DNA from: Eledone cirrhosa
Lineage: Eukaryota
Reading direction: 5' to 3'
Length of the DNA stretch: 64,000 nucleotides
Assembly: GCA_964016885.1 (NCBI GenBank)
Contig: OZ024741.1
Span: 208,754,001 to 208,818,000, forward strand
Part shown: in pieces, positions 37,190-51,049 of the stretch
Layout of the letters: every line of letters starts with the position of its first letter
How positions within the stretch are numbered: the stretch's first letter is position 1
The notes under the pieces: generated by a model
Databases searched by the model: none
Told to the model about the DNA's origin: nothing
Seen by the model: only the letters and a program-made list of their open reading frames with translations
Made by a program: the position numbers and the translations under genes

Positions 37190-40100
37190 AAATACCGGGA
37201 TGGCGGCCGGCGGGTAATATCCGTGTCTCTAGGGGAGAACGACCCCTCTAGTTTTGGTTGACACTCGTTCTAGAAGTGGTAACACGAAATGATTACCCCT
37301 TGGCGGATAAGGATAAAACGCGACAAAATAAAGTAAATGTCTAATGATAAAATCTCATAGCGGATCGGCCGTCACCCGGGTAAAAAATGGCCGCGTCCCA
37401 GACTGGGGTCAAAAAATCAGCTAATGGTTCAAACCTTCCCATCACTTCGGAGCTGGAGACCTCCCATAACCGGAATACTCCTACTGTTGGCCCTCCATGC
37501 TCACCACCAAGAAATCCAAAGAAAAAGAGAGAAAAATGGTCAAGGGAAGATAATAAAGAAGTCCTTGAGGCTTTCTACACTGCCATGTACTACCCATCAA
37601 ATACATCGAATACAGAACAGACATATATCAACTGGAAAAAGAAACATCCCGAAAACAGAGGCTATATTGACAGTAACAAACTAGCCAATATACGAAGAAA
37701 TATTGTAAGAAAAAAGTTACTAACTGATATAGAAATTGATCAGATCAAGCTATTAGCACAAAGTCAGCGAAGGGAAAATGAAACATGTGTCAGTGAAAAC
37801 GAGGTAAATTGTAACACTTCGAATCCCAGGGTTGGGGCGGAATCAGTGGCAACAGAACAAATTAAAGAAAGGATCGAAAAAGTGGAGGGAGTGCATGCTC
37901 AAGATGAAACTCAAAATGAAAATAATGAGATCGTAAATGATAAAGAAATGAATGAGAATGAACTTGCCAACTTGAAGGATGAAATTATGATCGAATGGAT
38001 GAAAATGAAAGAATCTGACATGGGGCAACGAGACACCCTCCCTAAGATCCAGAACTCCAAACAGAACCAAAAGATAATACACAAGACTAACATAATTCTC
38101 AAAAACATTATCATCACAAACAAACTAAACATTACTGATTTAAATCATCTCTATTATGCATCGGCTAAAGTCACCACTCACTTATGTGGAGTGAAGATGA
38201 AAAAACAAAGGAATTCCCACAAGAAATCTACTTGACAAGAGAACATCAATCGCCAAATAAACCTTCTCCGATCTGACATAGAAATGTTAACAAACTATAA
38301 AGTAGGTGAACATGTTAAACAAACTAAACTTAGAAAATTGAAAAGAAAGTACAGTATAAAATCAACAAGTGACATAGACATGCTGATAGAAATAATCAAG
38401 CAAAAAGTGTCGGCCAAAGCTGCTCGTATAAGGCGCTTTGAAAAACGATCTAGATTCTATAAGGACAATAATATGTTCAAAAACAACCAAAGAAACTTCT
38501 ACTCAACAATAACTGCTAAATCAATACCACCCAAGGAGGAAGTGCAAGAATTCTGGGAAAAGATCTGGGCCGAAGAAAAAGTTCATAACATACATGCCCC
38601 ATGGATAGACAGACAAATGAAAGATACAGCTCACCTTGAGGAACAAATATGGGGAAATATAACAGTTGAACAGTTGCGCTTGGCTCTAAGAAAAACCAGC
38701 AAATGGAAATCCCCAGGAAAAGACAAAATACAACATTTTTGGATAAATTCCTTCACAGAGTCTCATGAGCTGTTAGCCCAACTTTACAATGAAATAGTTA
38801 AGGAGCCAGAAAAGATACCATCATGGCTAGTTAACGGCATTACATTCCTGCTTCCGAAGAATGATGAGACAAACAATCCCAAAAATTACAGACCGATAAC
38901 TTGCTTGACCACAATGTATAAAATTTTAACATCAGTCCTAACTGAATACACCTGATAACAAATGACCACCTGATAACAAATGACCTATTTCCCATTGAGC
39001 AGAAAGGGTGTAAACGAGGCTCATATGGCTGTAAGGATCAGCTTTTGGTTAACAAAATGATACTGGAAGATTGTCATAATAGACACAAAAATCTATCGAT
39101 TGCTTGGATAGATTATAAAAAAGCATTCGATAGTTTGCCACACAGTTGGATTGAAAAATGTTTAGAGATTTTCAAAATATGCCCCGTTGTCAGGAGGTTT
39201 TTGTCATTCAGTATGAAGACATGGAAAACGACATTCCTTTTGAATAGTGAAACAAAATCACTGGAAGCTGGAGAAGTTAATATTAATTGTCGAATTTTTC
39301 AGGGTGACTCTTTATCACCGCTTTTATTCTGCATCGCACTTATACCATTAAGTAAAATGCTCAATGAAACAAAACATGGATATAAAGTCCATGACAAAAC
39401 CATTAATCACTTGTTCTACATGGATGACCTGAAACTATTTGCAAAAAATGATGAACAATTGCAAGGGCTATTATCCACTGTGGAGCAGTTCAGTGATGAC
39501 ATTAAAATGGAGTTTGGACTAGATAAATGCACCAAAGCAACGTTCACCAGAGGAAAGCTGCTGAATAGTTCAGACATTAATCTTGATCGGAGGAACGTGA
39601 TAAGAGAACTTGATCAAGAAAAAACTTACAAATATCTAGGTGTTTGTGAAGGAGACGGAATCAAACACTCGACAATGAGGGAAAGAATAAGGAAGGAATG
39701 TTACCGCAGAGTAAGAGCAATCTTAAGAACGGAATTGAATGCAAGGAATAGGATCGATGCCATAAACACGCTTGCCATACCAGTAGTAACCTACAGTTAC
39801 AATGTCATCAACTGATCAAGCACAGAAATCCGTAGGCTCGATACAAAAATTCGAAAATTCTTAACCATGCACAGAATGCATCACCCTAAGGCAGATATAG
39901 ATAGAGTATATCTCCCTAGGAAAGAAGGAGGACGTGGGTTAGTCCAGTTAGACATTGCGTTGAAAACTGCAACAATTGGATTATCTACATATCTAAGGGA
40001 ATCACATGATTGGATGATCAAACTCGTTTTGAAACACGAAAGCATCAAAAGGTCATATTCCATTACAAAAGATGCACAAAGATACAGTAATGGACTACAA

Positions 40101-41044
40101 ATTTCAGAAGTCCCATTTACTGCTGAAATGGAAAACACAGAAAAAGCAAAGCAGGTAAAAGTAACTGCAAAGAAAGAACTGCTACAGAAACTGGCTAAGA
40201 AATGGCAAGAAAAGGCTCTGTATGGAAAATACCCAGAGCGAGCTAACAATCCTGATGTTGACAAAACTTTAACCCATCAGTGGTTGGCATCCTCTGGACT
40301 GAAATCGGAGACTGAAGGACTGATTATATCGGCACAAGATCAGTGTCTGCCAACAAAAAATTACCAAGCCAACATAATAAAAAATGGATGCAGCCCATTA
40401 TGCCGTGTATGCAAAAAACAACCAGGGACCATTGACCATATAATTTCAATGTGCAGTCCTATAGCTCCAACCGAATACCTAAACAGGCATGACAGAGCTG
40501 CACAATACATACATTGGATAATGTGTAAGCATTTTGACCTGCCCCATCAAAAGAATTGGTGGGAGCATCAACCACCTCCCATACTTGAAAGAGATATAAG
40601 ATTGAAGGACTTTAAAAAGAGGGTAAGCCTGATAATTGATATGTCTGTTCCAATAGACAAGAATGTATCTCTAAAAACATTTGAAAAATTGAGCAAGTAT
40701 AAGGACCTGGAGATAGAAATTGGAAAAATGTGGAAATTGAGAACTAAAACAATACCAGTGGTTGTAGGCGCTCTGGGAATGATACCTAAGGGGTCTAATG
40801 ATTACTTATCGCAAATCCCAGGAAACCCGCGTATAGGAGAAATACAAAAGATAGTACTAATGGGAACTGCCCATATACTAAGGAAGATTCTGTCAATATA
40901 AGTACATCACAAGTCTAAACACTAAAGATGCATGTGTGAGTATGTATGTTCTTTCTTGAACATGGCGGACCTTGTTGTCTCTTGAGGTCACTGGTTGTGA
41001 CTTGGTGATAACTCGTATGAACATAAAGCAAGATAAATGCAACT

Positions 41045-41095
<51 letters not shown>
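37190..41095 (+). mobile_element. R4/Dong-type LINE family B, full length, disrupted
   Basis: ORF pieces 37387-40901 with [47 protein letters not shown]; stops and deletions; (TAA)n tail. Confidence 0.9.
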
Positions 41096-41096
<1 letters not shown>

Positions 41097-41775
41097 GGAG
41101 GAGGCTAGCCCACTGTGCAGGATCTGTGGAGAGAGAGAGAGGAGACTGTGGCTCACATTGTGTCCGAGTGTAAACACCTAGCCCAGACACACTATAAGGG
41201 CTGGAGACACGATGTGATGGGCAGGGTGATCCACTGGCACCTGTGCAAAGTAAACAATTTACCACATTCTGAGAAATGGTATGAGCATAGGCCAGAGGCG
41301 GTGATGGAGAACAATCAGGTGAAGGTGCTGTGGGATTTTAGGATACAGACGGACAAAAAACTGGAACACAATAGACCTAACCTGGTGGTTGTGGACAAAG
41401 AAAAAAGAACGTGTCTGATTGTGGATGTGGCCTACCCGTTCGACACGAGAGTGCAAGAGAAGGAGGGGAGAAAATTAACCGATACCAGGACCTAAAGTGG
41501 GAGGTGAAAAGGATTTGGAACTGCCATGAAGTCAAAGTGATCCCGATTGTCATAGGCGCACTGGGGACTATCTCCAAAAGTTTCCAGGGATGGTTAAAGA
41601 AAATCGGCCCCTTCACGCTTTTTGGAACGCTTTAAAAGGCATGCTTGCTTGGAACAGCAAGAACCCTCCGATACGTCCTGAATATCTGAGGCTGCAGGTA
41701 GTGGCTTGATATTCAATCCAACGGACTTTCCAGTTAACCAACATCAATGACTGAGATTCAAGGAATAACAACAAC

Positions 41776-41845
<70 letters not shown>
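41096..41845 (+). mobile_element. Family A 3' fragment with (TAA)n tail
   Basis: Matches 35439-36120. Confidence 0.9.
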
Positions 41846-42383
41846 TTAAAAACAGGGAGATCGGTGAGCAGGCACACCAACAAACTGATTTGAGTATCAC
41901 AGTTGAAACTCTTAAGGGGCAGGCCAAAAAACTAACCAACTGGAAATCACCAGGCCCAGATGGTGTGCAGGGGTATTGGATTAAAAAGATAACATCCCTC
42001 CACCCGAAACTGACAACCATGTTCAATGACTGCTTGATGTCAGGTGAGTAACCAGAGTGGTTGACAAAAGGTACCACAGTTCTGGTAATGTCTGTCCGTA
42101 ATGTGGAAACTGTTAACAAGCATTGTGTCTGAGGAAATCTACCATCACCTCCACACAAACAACTTGTTAGCGGAAACCCGCGTATAGGAGAAATACAAAA
42201 GATAGTACTAATGGGAACTGCCCATATACTAAGGAAGATTCTGTCAATATAAGTACATCACAAGTCAAAACACCTAAAGATGCATGTGTGAGTATGTATG
42301 TTCTTGAACATGGCGGACCTTGTTGTGACTTGGTTATAACTCGTATGAACATAAAGCAAGATAAATGCAGCTGTAATAATAAT
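41846..42383 (+). mobile_element. Chimeric fragment: family A RT piece joined to the family B 3' end
   Basis: 41850-42174 matches family A RT; 42172-42383 matches 40821-41050. Confidence 0.8.
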
Positions 42384-42563
42384 TGTTTCTACTTTAGGCA
42401 CAAGGCCAGCAATTATCCAGTGCATTACTGGTACTTTATTTTATCGACCCCGTAAGGATGAAAGGCAAAGTCAACCTCAGCGTGATTTGAACTCAGCTCG
42501 TAAAGGGACGTACCTATGCTGTAAAGCATGGCGTCCGACCCTCTACCGATACTGCCAATCCAC
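42384..42563 (-). mobile_element. tRNA-derived SINE with a 16-bp TSD
   Basis: TSD CAGCTGTAATAATAAT at 42368-42383 and 42563-42578. Confidence 0.88.
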
Positions 42564-42567
42564 AGCT

Positions 42568-42660
<93 letters not shown>

Positions 42661-42661
<1 letters not shown>

Positions 42662-45600
42662 GCAGACAATGATCTGAATACTGAGATAAATAATACCTGG
42701 AACAGAGATACGGCCACTGAGGAGATGAATGCTGACGGGCTAGGACAAGATTCGGTTGACATCCTAAATTTAGTGGTAGATGAATTGAACAATGATAGTG
42801 GGAGACCTATGAACCTAAGATTTGTAGACAGGAAAAAGTTAAAAGAAACAACAGCTAAGGTAAACAAAGTCATCCCATACCTTGAGGCGAGGAGCCTTCA
42901 CCAGTGCAACAATATCCTCAAAACAACAGCAAATACGGTGAGGAAACTACTTGGTATAAAAGCGAGAGGAAACAACAGACAAGAAAGAGCAGAGCCGTGG
43001 TGGAAGAAGCGACTGAGTGGGCAAATCGGGGAAATGAGAAATGACATAGGAAAGCTTGAGTCACTACTGAATGGGACACTGAAAAACATAGGCACTAAAA
43101 ATAGACTGGAAATAAAATACAAAACTAGGAGTAAAAAGCTAAATATTATCATAAGGAATTGAAGCAACGCATTGTAGCAAAGAGTGCAAAAATCAGGCGA
43201 TACGAGAACAGAGTCAGTCAGTATAAACAGAACCGCATGTTCGACAACAACCAGAAGATGCTGTTTGGACAGCTTGAGGGGAAAGAAAGAGGCAACGACT
43301 TGATCCCTGGGGCGGAACAAACTAAAACATTCTGGAGAGGAATATGGGAGCAGGATGTTAGACATAATGCCCAGGCAGGGTGGATTGAGACAGTACAGAG
43401 GGAGATCGGTGAGCAGGCACAACAACAAACTGATTTGAGTATCACAGTTGAAACTCTTAAGGGGCAGGCCAAAAAACTAACCAACTGGAAATCACCAGGC
43501 CCAGATGGTGTGCAGGGGTATTGGATTAAACATTTAACATCCCTCCACCCGAAGCTGACGGCCATGTTCAATGACTGCTTGGTGTCGGGTGAGGTGCCAG
43601 AGTGGTTGACAAAAGGTACCACAGTTCTGATAATGAAAGACCGAATCAAGGGTAATGATGTTACCAACTATAGACCTATCACATGTCTGTCCGTAATGTG
43701 GAAACTGTTGACGAGCATTGTGTCTGAGGAAATCTACCATCACCTCCACACAAACAACTTGTTACCGGACGAACAGAAAGGATGCCGAAAGAAGTCACGT
43801 GGTACAAAGGACCAGTTACTTATTGATAAGATGGTAATGGGGAATTGCAGGAGGAGACACACTGATCTTGCCATGGGATGGATAGACTACAGAAAGGCAT
43901 TTGACATGGTGCCTCATTCTTGGATCACCAAAAGCCTGGAGATCTTCAGGGTGGCAGATAACATCAGACAGTTGCTGGGCAGGAGTATGGGGTTCTGGGA
44001 GACAGAGTTGACATCAACTGGAGTATCCTTGGGAAGCGTGAAGATCAAGAGAGGTATCTTCCAGGGAGATAGCCTGTCCCCTCTGTTGTTTGTCCTTGCC
44101 CTGATGCCCTTGACCATTATGCTGCGAAAAGTGAGAGCAGGATACAAGTTGGGAAGGGGAGAGCTTACCATCAATCACCTCCTCTTCATGGACGATCTTA
44201 AGCTCTTCGGGAAAAGTGAGAAGGAGTTGGATGTGCTTGTTGACACTGTCCGTATTTTCAGCAGTGATATATGTATGCAGTTTGGTATTGGTAAATGTGG
44301 AGTCATTGTGATGAGGAGGGGTAGGTTGAGCAGAAGTAGCGGGATCCAGATACCAACAGGTGAGATGATAAAGGAAATTGACTCTGAGGAAGGATACAAG
44401 TATTTGGGCGTTCTGGAGGCTGATGGCATAAAGAACAAAAAAATGAAGGAATTGTTAAGAACTGAATACATTCGGAGAGTAAGGAGCGTATTGAAGTCAC
44501 ATCTGAACAGCAGAAATGCCATAAGCGCAGTAAATTCCCGAGCTGTGTCTATTATTAGGTACAGTGCGGGAATTCTGAGATGGAATGTTGCTGAACAAAA
44601 AGAAATGGATAGGAAGACTAGGAAGCTATTGACTATCTACAACATGTTCCACAAGAGGAGTGATGTCGATAGACTCTACCTAAGGAGATCTGAGGGTGGA
44701 AGAGGTCTTATCAGCATAGAGGACTGTGTTCAGATGGAGAAAAACAACCTATACAAATACGTGACCTATAGTAAGGAGCCAATGCTCAAAACTGTACTGA
44801 AGGAGGGGACAGTAGGCCAGGGGATGTCCAAGGAGGAAATAACATCAAGGAGGAAGAGCAGCCTTAAGGGAAAATCCCTTCATAGTACCTTCTTTGAGAA
44901 AACTGAATTTAGAGATCCACAGACATGGAACTGGTTGAGAAGAGGAGACCTCAAAAAGGCTACAGAAGGAATGATAATGGCTGCGCAGGAGCAGGCCCTC
45001 AAAACGAAGTGGTTGAAGCACCATATTTACAAGGAGGAGGCTAGCCCACTGTGCAGGATCTGTGGAGAGAGAGAGAGGAGACTGTGGCTCACATTGTGTC
45101 CGAGTGTAAACACCTAGCCCAGACCCACTATAAGGGCTGGAGACACGATGTGATGGGCAGGGTGATCCACTGGCACCTGTGCAAAGTAAACAATTTACCA
45201 CATTCTGAGAAATGGTATGAGCATAGGCCGGAGGCGGTGATGGAGAACAATCAGGTGAAGGTGCTGTGGGATTTTAGGATACAGACGGACAAAAAACTGG
45301 AACACAATAGACCTGACCTGGTGGTTGTGGACAAAGAAAAAAGATCGTGTCTGATTGTGGATGTGGCCTGCCCGTTCGACACGAGAGTGCAAGAGAAGGA
45401 GAGGGAGAAAATTAACCGATACCAGGACTTAAAGTGGGAGGTGAAAAGGATTTGGAACTGCCATGAAGTCAAAGTGATCCCGATTGTCATAGGCGCACTG
45501 GGGACTATCTCCAAAAGTTTCCAGGGATGGTTAAAGAAAATCGGCCCCTTCACGCTTTTTGGAACGCTTCAAAAGGCATGCTTGCTTGGAACAGCAAGAA

Positions 45601-45721
45601 CCCTCCGATACGTCCTGAATATCTGAGGCTGCAGGTAGTGGCTTGATATTCATTCCAACGGACTTTCCAGTTAACCAACATCAATGACTGAGATTCAAGG
45701 AATAACAACAATAATAATAAT
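42661..45721 (+). mobile_element. Family A copy, 5'-truncated, two frameshifts
   Basis: ORFs 42725-43162, 43159-45117 and 45051-45626 are nearly identical to the 1130-aa protein. Confidence 0.92.
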
Positions 45722-45829
45722 AGGCCAGCAATTACCCAGTACATTACTGGTACTTTTAATAATAATAATAATAATATTAATAATAATGAAAAATGAAAAG
45801 AAAAACAAACAGACAGACAGAGAAGAAAA

Positions 45830-48800
45830 AAAAAACTAAGTCAGACATTCAAACATTACATTACAATGAAACTTATGCTTATTCTTTTTTGGGGGGGTTT
45901 TACCTATTTGTTTGTTTGTTTATTTATGATCGTCTACAGCGTGATAGTGCCACACTAAAATCACCGGGGTTGATGAAATCACCTGTAGTTATGTAACCAC
46001 ACATTCACCAATCCTCGATAAGAGTGTTTAAATGTCGAACCTAAACAGTTCGAATAACGGTGAAGTGGAGACTGGAATGTCATGTGACAGACTCTCACCC
46101 AGCAGGTGCTCCCTGACTCAGCAGCAGGGACCTGGCTGTCAACCAAATACGGCTGGTGTCGGAGGAAGAAGAAGGAAAGGGACCAGAACCAACTGGACGA
46201 AAAAATTGAATAGAACTGTTATGCAATGTTACCTGAAGAGTAACCCCAAGGAGAAAGGCTATAAGAAACGGATGCATAACATCTGGAACGCGATTGGTCT
46301 ATTTAAATTAGATGAACAAAAATTGGCCGGGCAGGCTCGGGTAAAAAGAAATAATGGGTGGATAAGCGAGCTGGAACTGGAGGGACTGAGCAGAGAGATT
46401 AGGTTGGAAATGGAGTGTGGAGTGTGCCAGGCAAACGAGCCAGTGGGAAATGAAGGTGAAGAGGTTGAGAGAAATGAGGAACCATCCGAAGCAGACAATG
46501 ATCTGAATGCTGAAATAAATAATACCTGGAACAAAGATACGGCCATTGAGGAGATGAATGCTGACGGGCTAGGACAAGATTTGGTTGATATCCTAAATTT
46601 AGTGGTAGATGAATAGTGGGAAACCTATGAACCTAAGATTTGTAGACAGGAAAAAGTTAAAAGAAACAACAGCTAGGATAAACAAAGTCATCCCATACCT
46701 TGAGGCGAGGAGCCTTCACCAGTGCAACAATATCCTCAAAGCAACAGCAAATGCGGTGAGGAAATTACTTGGCATAAAAGCGAGAGGAAACAACAAACAA
46801 GAAAGTTCAGAACCTTGGTGGAAGAAACGACTGAGTGGTCAAATCAGGGAAATGAGAAATGACATTGGAAAGCTTGAATCACTACTGAATGGGACACTAC
46901 AAAACATAAACACTAAAAATAGACTGGAAATAAAGTACAAAACTAGGAGGAAAAAGCTAAATATTATCATAGCGGAACTGAAGCAACGCATTGTAGCAAA
47001 GAGTGCAAAAATTAGGCGATACGAGAGTAGAGTCAGTCAGTATAGACAGAACCGCATGTTTGACAACAACCAGATGTTGTTTGGACAGCTTGAAGGGAAA
47101 GAAAGAGGCAACGTCTTGATCCCTGAGGCGGAACAAGATAAGACATTCTGGAGAGGAATATGAGAGCAGGATGTTAAACATAATGACCAGGCAGTGTGGA
47201 TTGAGAGAGTACAAAAGGAGATTAGTGAACAGGCACACCAACAAACTGATTTGAGTATCACAGTTGAAACTCTTAAGGGGCAGCCAAAAATCTAACCAAC
47301 TGGAAATCACCAGGCCCAGATGGTGTGCAGGGGTATTGGATTAAACATTTAACATCCCTCCACCCGAAGCTGACGGCCATGTTCAATGACTGCTTGATGT
47401 CAGGTGAGTAACCAGAGTGGTTGACAAAAGGTACCACAGTTCTGGTAATGAAAGACCGAATCAAGGGTAATGATGTTACCAACTATAGACCTATCACATG
47501 TCTGTCCGTAATGTGGAAACTGTTAACAAGCATTGTGTCTGAGGAAATCTACCATCACCTCCACACAAACAACTTGTTAGCGGACGAACAGAAAGGATGC
47601 CGAAAGAAGTCCCGTGGTACAAAGGACCAGATACTTATTGATAAGATGGTAATGAGGAATTGCAAGAGAAGACAGAGTGGTCTTGCCATGGGATGGATAG
47701 ACTACAAAAAGGCATTTGACATGGTGCCTCATTCTTGCATCACCAAAAGCCTAGAGATCTTCAAGGTGGCAGATAACATCAGACAGTTGTTGGGCAAATG
47801 TATGAAGTCCTGGAAAACAGAGTTAACATCAGCTGGAGAATCCTTGGGAGGCGTGAAGATCAAGAGAGGTATCTTCCAGGGAGATAGTCTGTCCCCTCTG
47901 TTGTTTGTCCTTGCCCTGATACTGCGAATAGTGAGAGCAGGATACAAGTTGGGAAAGGGAGAGCTTACCATCAATCATCTCCTCTTCATGGACGATCTTA
48001 AGCTCTTCGGGAAGAGTGAGAAGGAGTTGGATGTGCTTGTTGACACTGTCCGTATTTTCAGCAATGATATATGTATGCAATTTGATATTAGTAAGTGTCG
48101 AGTCCTTGTGATGAAGAGGGGTAAATTGAGCAGAAGCAACGGAATCCAGGTACCAACAGGTGAGATGATAAAGGAAATTGACACTGAAGAAGGATACAAG
48201 TATTTGGGTGTTCTGGAGGCTGATGACATCAAGAACAAGAAAATGAAGGAATTGATAAGATCTGAATATATTCGAAGAGTAAGGAGCGTATTAAAGTCAC
48301 ATCTCAACAGTAGGAATGCCATAAGTGCAGTAAATTCCCGAGCTGTGTCTATTATTAAGTACAGTGTGGGAATTCTGAGTTGGAATGTTGCTGAACAAAA
48401 AGAAATGGATAGGAAGACTAGGAAGCTATTGACTATCTACAACATGTTCCACAAGAGGAGTGATGTCGATAGACTCTACTGAAGGTGGAAGAGGTCTTAT
48501 CAGCATAGAGGACTGTGTTCAGATGGAGAAAAACAACCTACACAAATACGTGACTGATAGTAAGGAGCCAATGCCCAGAATTATACTGAAGGAGAGGACA
48601 ATAGACCAGGGGATGTCCAAGGAGGAAATAACAACAAGGAGAAAGAGCAGCCTTCATGAAAAATCCCTTTATAGTACCTTCTTTGAGAAAACTGAATTCA
48701 GAGATCCACAGACATGGAACTGGTTGAAAAGAGGAGACCTTAAAAAGGCTACAGAAGGAATGTTAATGGCTGCGCAAGAGCAGGCCTTCAAAACGAAGTG

Positions 48801-49494
48801 GTTGAAACACCATATTTACAAGGAGGAGGCTAGCCCACTGTGCAGGATCTGTGGAGAGAGAGAGGAGACTGTGGCTTACATTGTATCCGAGTGTAAACAC
48901 CTAGCCCAGACTCACTATAAAGGCTGGAGACATGATGTGATGGGCAGGGTGATCCACTGGCACCTATGCAAAGTAAACAATTTATCACATTCTGAGAAGT
49001 GGTATGAGCATAAGCCAGAGTCGGTGATAGAAAACGATCAGGTGAAGGTGCTGTGGGATTTTAGGATACAGACGGACAAGAAACGGGAACACAATAGATC
49101 TGACCTGGTGGTTTTGGACAAGGAAAAAAGATCGTGCCTGATTGTGGATGTGGCCTGCCCATTCGACACGAGAGTGCAAGAGAAGGAGAGGGAGAAAATT
49201 AACCGATACCAGGACTTAAAATGGGAGGTAAAAAGGATTTGGAACTGCCATGAAGTCATAGGCGCACTAGGTACTATCTCAAAACTTTTCCAGTGATGGT
49301 TAAAGAAAATTGGCCCCGCCACGCTTTTTGGAACGCTTCAAAAGGCATGCTTGATGGGAACAGCAAGAACCCTCCGATACGTCCTGAATATCTGAGGCTG
49401 CAGGTAGTGGCTTGATATTCATTTCAACAAACTTTCCAGTTAACTAACATCAATGACTGAGACTCCAAGAACAATAATAATAATAATAATAATA
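45830..49494 (+). mobile_element. Family A older full-length copy, multiple stops and frameshifts
   Basis: ORF pieces 46032-49395 homologous to the 1130-aa protein; TAA tail. Confidence 0.9.
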
Positions 49495-50885
49495 GAAGAA
49501 TTAAAAAACACACTCATCAGCAGAAACTACCCACCATCCCTAATCAACAATGGATTCCAACATGCCCTAAAACTCGACATCCAGGAACTCAAACGCCCCA
49601 AACCCAGGAATGAACCGCAACAGAAAACTCTACCATACATCTCCACACACAACCCCCTCAACAATGAGGCATTCGACACCATCCTCCAGAACATTCCTTT
49701 ACTAAAAAGAGACCCAAGAATGAACAAAATCCTCCAAACACACAACATCATAAAGAGGAAAAGACAACCTAAATCCATAAAAAAACATCCTCACAAGCCA
49801 AAATCCAACCAACCCTCACAATGAACCCTACAGTAACAAAATCCGGAAGGCCCAACTGTGGCATATGCATAAATCTAATAGAAGGTTCAACATTCCATTT
49901 TAAACAAGGACAACATTTCACAGTTAAACACAACTTTACATGTGCATCTGAAAACCTAATCTATGTTTTGACCTGCTCAGGTTGTCAAGGGCACTACATA
50001 GGACAGACAAAAAAGAGCCTCCGACAACGTATGACCGTCCATAAATCACAAATCAAAATACAGGAATAAAGAAAGATTGCGTTTAGTGAACATATCACCA
50101 ATTGTGCACCCAACCAACATCCAAACTTTTAAATTTTCCCCATTTACAAATTCATAGACAACGCTACTTTCATCCATCGTACATAAGGAAACGTATTTCA
50201 TTAACAAATTCCAACCTCTACTTAATGCACTAAACTTCGGAATTCCAAATTCCAAATTCCCCATTTACAAATTCATAGACAACGCTACTTTCATTCATCA
50301 TCCATAAGGAAACGTATTTCATTAACAAATTCCAACCTCTACTTAATGCACTAAACTTCGGACTAAACTAAAACTGGGACGAACAATGAAACAAATCCAA
50401 ATACCTATGTCTCTCTAAAGAGTTACCTCCCTCACACCCTACCTAATCCTTTTTCTTATATAAATTAAATACCATCCATCATTTCTCTCCCACCCTGAAT
50501 TACCTCCCCTTGCATATTAACTCTCTAAAAAGGGAAATCATATCAAACCCCAAACTACCATTTGCCTTCATCATAGATCAACTAAGCACTCTTACTATAT
50601 TAACACATTTTGATCTGCTTATCTTCAAGAACTATGCCTGCAAATAACATTAATTTTTCTTTCACATTGCCTTATCATGTTCCACATTCTTTTTTCTTTT
50701 CACTTCATAAACCTTGTTTGTAAATAACATTATTCTTTCTGCACCATGTCCTTAACATGTTCAACACCAACATTTTACACCAATACTTATTATTATCATT
50801 TGATAATGCAAAAAAATGCGGAAACCGGTAATAGACAATTATTAAATATATAAATAAATAAATAAATGCCATTGTTAATTAATAA
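49495..50885 (+). mobile_element. PLE-3: 3' fragment of a Neptune-like PLE (thumb, GIY-YIG, 3' UTR)
   Basis: RNYPPSLI, LPYISTHNP, KRQPK, CGIC, FTCASENLIYVLTCSGCQGHYIGQT; ~110-bp tandem duplication at 50132-50362; degenerate hammerhead ~50795-50836. Confidence 0.85.
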
Positions 50886-51049
50886 ATAAATGAACTAATA
50901 CCTTAACACTTTACACAATGTAAAATATTTCGTTTTAATCATGTTCTAACTCAGAAAAAAGAGAGAAAAAATAAAAAGGAAAAGAATTTATTTTTCTTCC
51001 TAATAATCGTCTTTTTCTCCTTGTTTTCATATATATATATATATGTAGA

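Noticed and set aside
38233-39815. In-frame TGA codons as possible selenocysteine recoding
   Set aside because: They fall at expected Trp (TGG) positions in copies that also carry deletions and frameshifts; ordinary decay is the simpler explanation
25985-49494. CRISPR-like repeat/spacer interpretation of the recurring TAA tracts and 3' UTRs
   Set aside because: Eukaryotic retrotransposon tails; no constant-length repeats or spacers and no cas genes
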